Shown here one piece after another: positions 60,044 through 64,000 of a stretch of DNA of 64,000 nucleotides (position 1 is the first letter of the stretch; every line of letters begins with the position of its first letter). Both the position numbers and the translations under genes were made by a program. Source of the DNA: an uncultured Eubacteriales bacterium. Its GTDB lineage: Bacteria; Acidobacteriota; Aminicenantia; Aminicenantales; Aminicenantaceae. The stretch is from positions 6,704-70,703 of the forward strand of contig CAYSCS010000003.1 in assembly GCA_964429695.1 (NCBI GenBank), read 5' to 3'. Under the pieces are notes generated by a model that worked only from the letters and a program-made list of their open reading frames with translations, was not told the origin of the DNA and did no database searches.

Positions 60044-60285
60044 AAAAATTTAGACTCTTCTCCAAATTAGTTGGTGAAAATATGATATCTCATAGAGTAG
60101 AAAAGACTGATAATTTCTTCCTTTTGTTAGAGTTCGGCCAATTCAAAACGCTTAGGAGATACTCCCTTCGTATTCGCTTTGATATTTTGAATCTGAATCC
60201 CCCTCTTATTCCAATGAAATCTTATAGTTACGCGCCCGGATATTCTATTTTTTATCAACTAATCGGGAGATGATCCATAATTTTT
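60044..60285 (+). repeat. Copy C of the roughly 240-bp terminal-inverted-repeat family.
   Basis: It aligns with copies A, B and D. Confidence 0.7.
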
Positions 60286-60301
60286 AAAGAGAGGAGTTAA
60301 T

Positions 60302-62908
60302 ATGGAAAAAAAATTAATTAAAAGAAATGTTATCTTTGTCCCTTTCTTTCTTCTCATCTTCTCCATATTTTCACTCGCTCAAACAGAGCCCCAACAATTT
60401 TTAGGGCACATGGTTGGTGCGGATCGAAAGCTTGCTGACTATGGGCAGATTCTGGCTTACTTTGAGAAGCTCGATCAGGAATCTGAAAAAATTAAAGTCA
60501 TAGAAATAGGAAAATCAACGCTAGGAAAGCCCATGATTATGGCTATCATTACCTCTGAGAAGAACATGGAAAATCTGGATGAATACAGGCAAATTTCAAA
60601 GAAACTAAGAGATGCGAGAGACATCGAACCTGAAGAGGCAAAACAGCTTGCCAGAAGAGGAAAAGTAATCCTCCTCATAACCTGCAATATACACGCTACA
60701 GAAATCGCCTCCTCACAGATGGCTCTGGAATTTGCTTATAACCTCGCATCGGGTAATACTCCTTTTGACATTGATAAAGTCCTCGAAGATGTAATCGTCC
60801 TCCTTTGTCCTACCATAAATCCTGATGGCCAGATGATGGTTACTGATTGGTACAGAAAATATGTGGGAACAAGATACGAGGGAGGACAGATGCCCTGGCT
60901 CTATCATCATTATGCAGGACATGACAATAACAGAGACTGGTTCATGTTTAACCTCAAAGAAACCCAGGCAGTAACAAAAGTTCTCTACCACGATTGGATT
61001 CCTCAAATTCACATAGACGAACATCAAATGGGTTCAACAGGTGCGCGGCTTTTCATTCCCCCTTTCATGAACCCTCCCATACCAAACGTTCATCCTCTCT
61101 GCTGGCGTGGGGTCAATCTCTGTGGGGCAAATATGGCTTATGACCTCCAAAAAAAAGGTTTTAAAGGTGTTGTGCACGGAAGAAGTTATACTGGGTGGTG
61201 GATTGGAGCATGCGATGATACTTCCTGGCTCCACAACTGCATCGGTCTTCTCAGTGAAATGGCATCAGTTAAAGTGGCAACCCCGATTTATATTGAGCCC
61301 ACAGAGATTCCTGAAGCTTATTATAAAAAGCAGATGGAATTCCCCGACCCCTGGCCGGGAGGATGGTGGAAGTTGAGAGACCTTGTGGACTATGAGCTAA
61401 CTCTCTCGATGAGCCTGGTCAAGACGGCTCATCTTCATAAAGAGGACTTTTTGTTCAATTTTTATAAAATGTGTAAAGACTCAATCGAAGAAGGCAAAAA
61501 AGGTAAACCTTTTGCCTTCGTCATTCCCAAAGAGCAACCAGATTATCCAACCACTCTGAGAATGCTAGAAATATTGAAGTTCGGCGGAGTGGAAATCTAT
61601 AAAGCGAAAAAAAGTTTCATCGCAGATGGAAAATTCTATCCCGCTGACTCTTTTGTAGTGCTCATGTCTCAACCCTACAGAGCATATGCCCAGGCACTTC
61701 TTGAAAAACAGAAATATCCTGATATTCGTCAATATCCGGGAGGCCCTCCCGTTCCTCCCTACGATAATGCGGGCTGGACCCTTCCTTTACAGATGGGAGT
61801 CAAGTGTGAGCAGATTGAAAATCCGTTTAGCGCAGAACTCGAGAGTTTAGAAAATATAACATATTCTTTCAACCTTAAAGAACTTGACTCTCCCTACTTA
61901 GTGTTCGATTCAAGAAAAAATGCCTCATTTGCCGTTATTTTTAATCTCCTCAAAAAAGGAGTAGAGGTACGCAGAGCAAGAGAATGTCTGAAGTCTCGAG
62001 GGATAGATGCTGCAATAGGAAGCTTTATCATCAAAAACTCTCCAGAAATAAGAGAACACCTGAAACCACTTCTTGAGAAATGGAGAGTCTCCTGTGAGGG
62101 GCTTGATGATATTTCCTCTATTTCTGCATCTACGATAAGAAATCCTCAAATTGGCCTGTATCAATCCTGGCGAGCCAATATGGACGAAGGTTGGACAAGG
62201 TATGTTCTTGATGACTTCGGAATCTCGTACTCGACACTGCACAATGAAGATTTCAAGGTTTCAAAAAAAGAGAAGAAAAAGCTCAGCGAAAGGTTTGATG
62301 TACTTATTTTCGCAAGCGAAAGACCGGAAATCATCAAGACTGGTAAGCCATCTCCTGAGTCACGCTATGCGAGATACTTCACGGCAATGCCTCCAGAGTA
62401 TGAAGGCGGTATCGAGAAAGAAGGAGTCGAGGCTTTGAGGGAATTTGTGGAGAATGGAGGAATTCTGGTTACTCTGAACCAAGCATGTGAGCTAATTCTC
62501 AAGGAATTTGAACCCCCTATTTCTAATGCCCTGGAAAAAGTGGAACAGACCAAATTCTTCTGCCCAACCTCTCTTTTAAGGATCAAGGTAGATAACACAA
62601 ATCCTGTAGGATACGGATTGGCGGAGGAAACCGCAGCAATGTTTTCTGATAGTCTGGCTTTCTCCACATGGATTCCCCCAAGCGGAGATTGGGAGAGGAA
62701 GGTTGTCGCCAGCTATCCTGAAGAGAATATCCTCTTGAGCGGATGGTTGATTGGAGAAGACATCATTGCTCGCAAGGCTTCTGTGGTTGATCTCAAGTAC
62801 AAGAAAGGCCACTTTATCCTCATCGGTTTTTGCTCTCAACACAGGGCTCAATCTCATGGCACGTATAAATTTCTCTTCAATTCCCTTCTCTACCCTGTTG
62901 AAAAATGA
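60302..62908 (+). CDS. Secreted M14-family zinc carboxypeptidase-like protein with a large C-terminal extension.
   Basis: It has a signal peptide. HATE is the M14 HxxE zinc ligand, and TINPDG and the conserved downstream His region are present. The 868-aa length implies extra C-terminal domains. Confidence 0.7.
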   Translation: MEKKLIKRNVIFVPFFLLIFSIFSLAQTEPQQFLGHMVGADRKLADYGQILAYFEKLDQESEKIKVIEIGKSTLGKPMIMAIITSEKNMENLDEYRQISKKLRDARDIEPEEAKQLARRGKVILLITCNIHATEIASSQMALEFAYNLASGNTPFDIDKVLEDVIVLLCPTINPDGQMMVTDWYRKYVGTRYEGGQMPWLYHHYAGHDNNRDWFMFNLKETQAVTKVLYHDWIPQIHIDEHQMGSTGARLFIPPFMNPPIPNVHPLCWRGVNLCGANMAYDLQKKGFKGVVHGRSYTGWWIGACDDTSWLHNCIGLLSEMASVKVATPIYIEPTEIPEAYYKKQMEFPDPWPGGWWKLRDLVDYELTLSMSLVKTAHLHKEDFLFNFYKMCKDSIEEGKKGKPFAFVIPKEQPDYPTTLRMLEILKFGGVEIYKAKKSFIADGKFYPADSFVVLMSQPYRAYAQALLEKQKYPDIRQYPGGPPVPPYDNAGWTLPLQMGVKCEQIENPFSAELESLENITYSFNLKELDSPYLVFDSRKNASFAVIFNLLKKGVEVRRARECLKSRGIDAAIGSFIIKNSPEIREHLKPLLEKWRVSCEGLDDISSISASTIRNPQIGLYQSWRANMDEGWTRYVLDDFGISYSTLHNEDFKVSKKEKKKLSERFDVLIFASERPEIIKTGKPSPESRYARYFTAMPPEYEGGIEKEGVEALREFVENGGILVTLNQACELILKEFEPPISNALEKVEQTKFFCPTSLLRIKVDNTNPVGYGLAEETAAMFSDSLAFSTWIPPSGDWERKVVASYPEENILLSGWLIGEDIIARKASVVDLKYKKGHFILIGFCSQHRAQSHGTYKFLFNSLLYPVEK

Positions 62909-63075
62909 GAGTTTTCTAAACTCGATAGATTCAGAAATAAGAGAAAATTTATCTTTGGTTGCACTCAATTCTGGGAATAACAATTCATTTCTCCCTTTTT
63001 CAATCATAAATAATTAAGAGAATAACTTGTGCTTTAAGGATAAAGACTCTGCCTCACGCCTTCGAAGAAAGAGAT

Positions 63076-63316
63076 AAAAAATTTAGACTCTTCTCCAAAT
63101 TAGTTAGTGAAAATATGATATCTCATCGAGGAGAAAAAACTAATAACTTCTTCCTTTTCTTAGAGATCGGCCAATTCAACACCTTTAAGAGATACTCCCT
63201 TCCTATTCGCTTCGATATTTTGAATCTGAATCCTCCTCTTATTCCAAAGAAATCTTATAATTACGCACCCAGATATTCTATTTTTTATAAACTAAGGGGG
63301 GAGCTAATCCAAAATT
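63076..63316 (+). repeat. Copy D of the roughly 240-bp terminal-inverted-repeat family.
   Basis: It aligns with copies A to C. It is the most diverged copy. Confidence 0.7.
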
Positions 63317-63519
63317 GATTTAAACATTTTTCTCTCTACCCGTTCTTCTTACTCTTTGGAGGGAATTATAAATACATGAATTTGAATTATATTTTTACAA
63401 CCTAAAAATATGAATAAAATAAGTTTCCTCCCTTTATATGCTAAAAGAATAAATATTTTCCAGAAACGAAAAGATTCTTGATATTTTTCGAATATTATTA
63501 TAATCTAATATAAAATAAG

Positions 63520-63855
63520 ATGAATAAAAAACTTTTCTATGCACTTTATTCAGAATTTTGCAAAACCCTTGCCAATCCCAAAAGACAAGAAATTCTTGAT
63601 AATCTACGAAGGAAAGAAATGCCAGTAAAAGAATTGATGGAAACTACAGGAATTCCCCAAGCAAACCTCTCCCAGCACCTTTCTCTCTTAAGGTCAAAAG
63701 GAATAGTCACTGCTCGTCGGCAAGGGAATACAATCTATTATTCTCTCACTCACCCAAAAATCATCAAAGCCTTTGATTTGATAGGTGAAGTCTTGAGAGA
63801 TTTACTGAAGTCTCAATCAGAAACAATTTCCTCTGTTACAAGGAGAAAGAAATAA
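63520..63855 (+). CDS. ArsR/SmtB-family transcriptional regulator.
   Basis: A winged-HTH is present: LANPKRQEILDNL...VKELMETTGIPQANLSQHLSLLRSKGIV. Confidence 0.8.
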   Translation: MNKKLFYALYSEFCKTLANPKRQEILDNLRRKEMPVKELMETTGIPQANLSQHLSLLRSKGIVTARRQGNTIYYSLTHPKIIKAFDLIGEVLRDLLKSQSETISSVTRRKK

Positions 63856-63857
63856 GC

Positions 63858-64000
63858 ATGGAGCACGAATCGACTCAAAAGAGAAAAAGACTGGCAATGA
63901 TTGTATTCAGCGGGGATATGGACAAACTCTTTGCAGCCTTTACCATTGCTACAGGTGCCGCTGCCTCTGATATGGACGTAACCATGTTTTTCACTTTTTG
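63858..64000 (+). CDS. DsrE/DsrF-like sulfur-relay family protein (partial, running off the window end).
   Basis: LAMIVFSGDMDKLFAAFTIATGAAASDMDVTMFFTF matches the DsrE-like N-terminus. It begins 3 nt after the ArsR gene. Confidence 0.5.
   Translation, partial: MEHESTQKRKRLAMIVFSGDMDKLFAAFTIATGAAASDMDVTMFFTF

Noticed and set aside
58310-63318. Small ORFs inside the repeat copies (58310-58549 minus strand, 60028-60273, 63115-63318) as a conserved small protein family.
   Set aside because: The ORF is frame-disrupted in copy A. Extensions differ between copies. The nonsynonymous to synonymous differences between copies B and C are 8 to 4, which is neutral-like. The structured-repeat explanation is preferred.

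Overview
This is an AT-rich, densely coding bacterial chromosomal segment. Its proteins are Lys/Glu/Ile-rich, and the gene content suggests an anaerobe with an outer membrane: it carries Lnt, a C-terminal-Phe beta-barrel protein and a GldG-type ABC system. I found no rRNA, CRISPR array, transposase or integrase.

Housekeeping content:
- lnt.
- prfB, with the classic programmed +1 frameshift.
- mazG and ribF.
- pyrR-pyrB-pyrC, followed by rnc.
- A six-gene operon on the minus strand: gcvT-gcvH-gcvPA-gcvPB-glyQ-glyS.
- argS.
- serS followed by two tRNA-Ser genes.
- cobO.
- A long (Bacillus-type, Alu-domain) SRP RNA.

Accessory content:
1. A 7-gene signalling block: a CheY-like response regulator (RR), a CheR-like methyltransferase, a 1126-aa hybrid histidine kinase with a NEEL-repeat coiled coil, an RR-GGDEF protein with a degenerate A-site, and two single-domain Hpt proteins.
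2. A tightly packed 13-gene, roughly 12-kb redox operon: hdrC, hdrB, korDABC (2-oxoacid:ferredoxin oxidoreductase), hdrA, mvhD, two AsrA/HydB-like Fe-S proteins, a HydG/AsrB-like FAD/NAD protein, an SdhB-like Fe-S subunit and an SdhA/FrdA-like flavoprotein. I regard this as the most likely undescribed system in the window, possibly a flavin-based electron-bifurcating supercomplex.
3. A trio of DUF362 protein, Tat-signal AmmeMemoRadiSam-type radical SAM enzyme and a membrane-fused spermidine-synthase-like protein.
4. A GldA/GldF/GldG-like ABC system plus a DUF4340 protein.
5. A Tat-signal aldo/keto reductase fused to a ferredoxin domain.
6. Four diverged copies of a roughly 240-bp intergenic repeat with terminal inverted repeats.
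7. A possible T-box-like attenuator upstream of serS.
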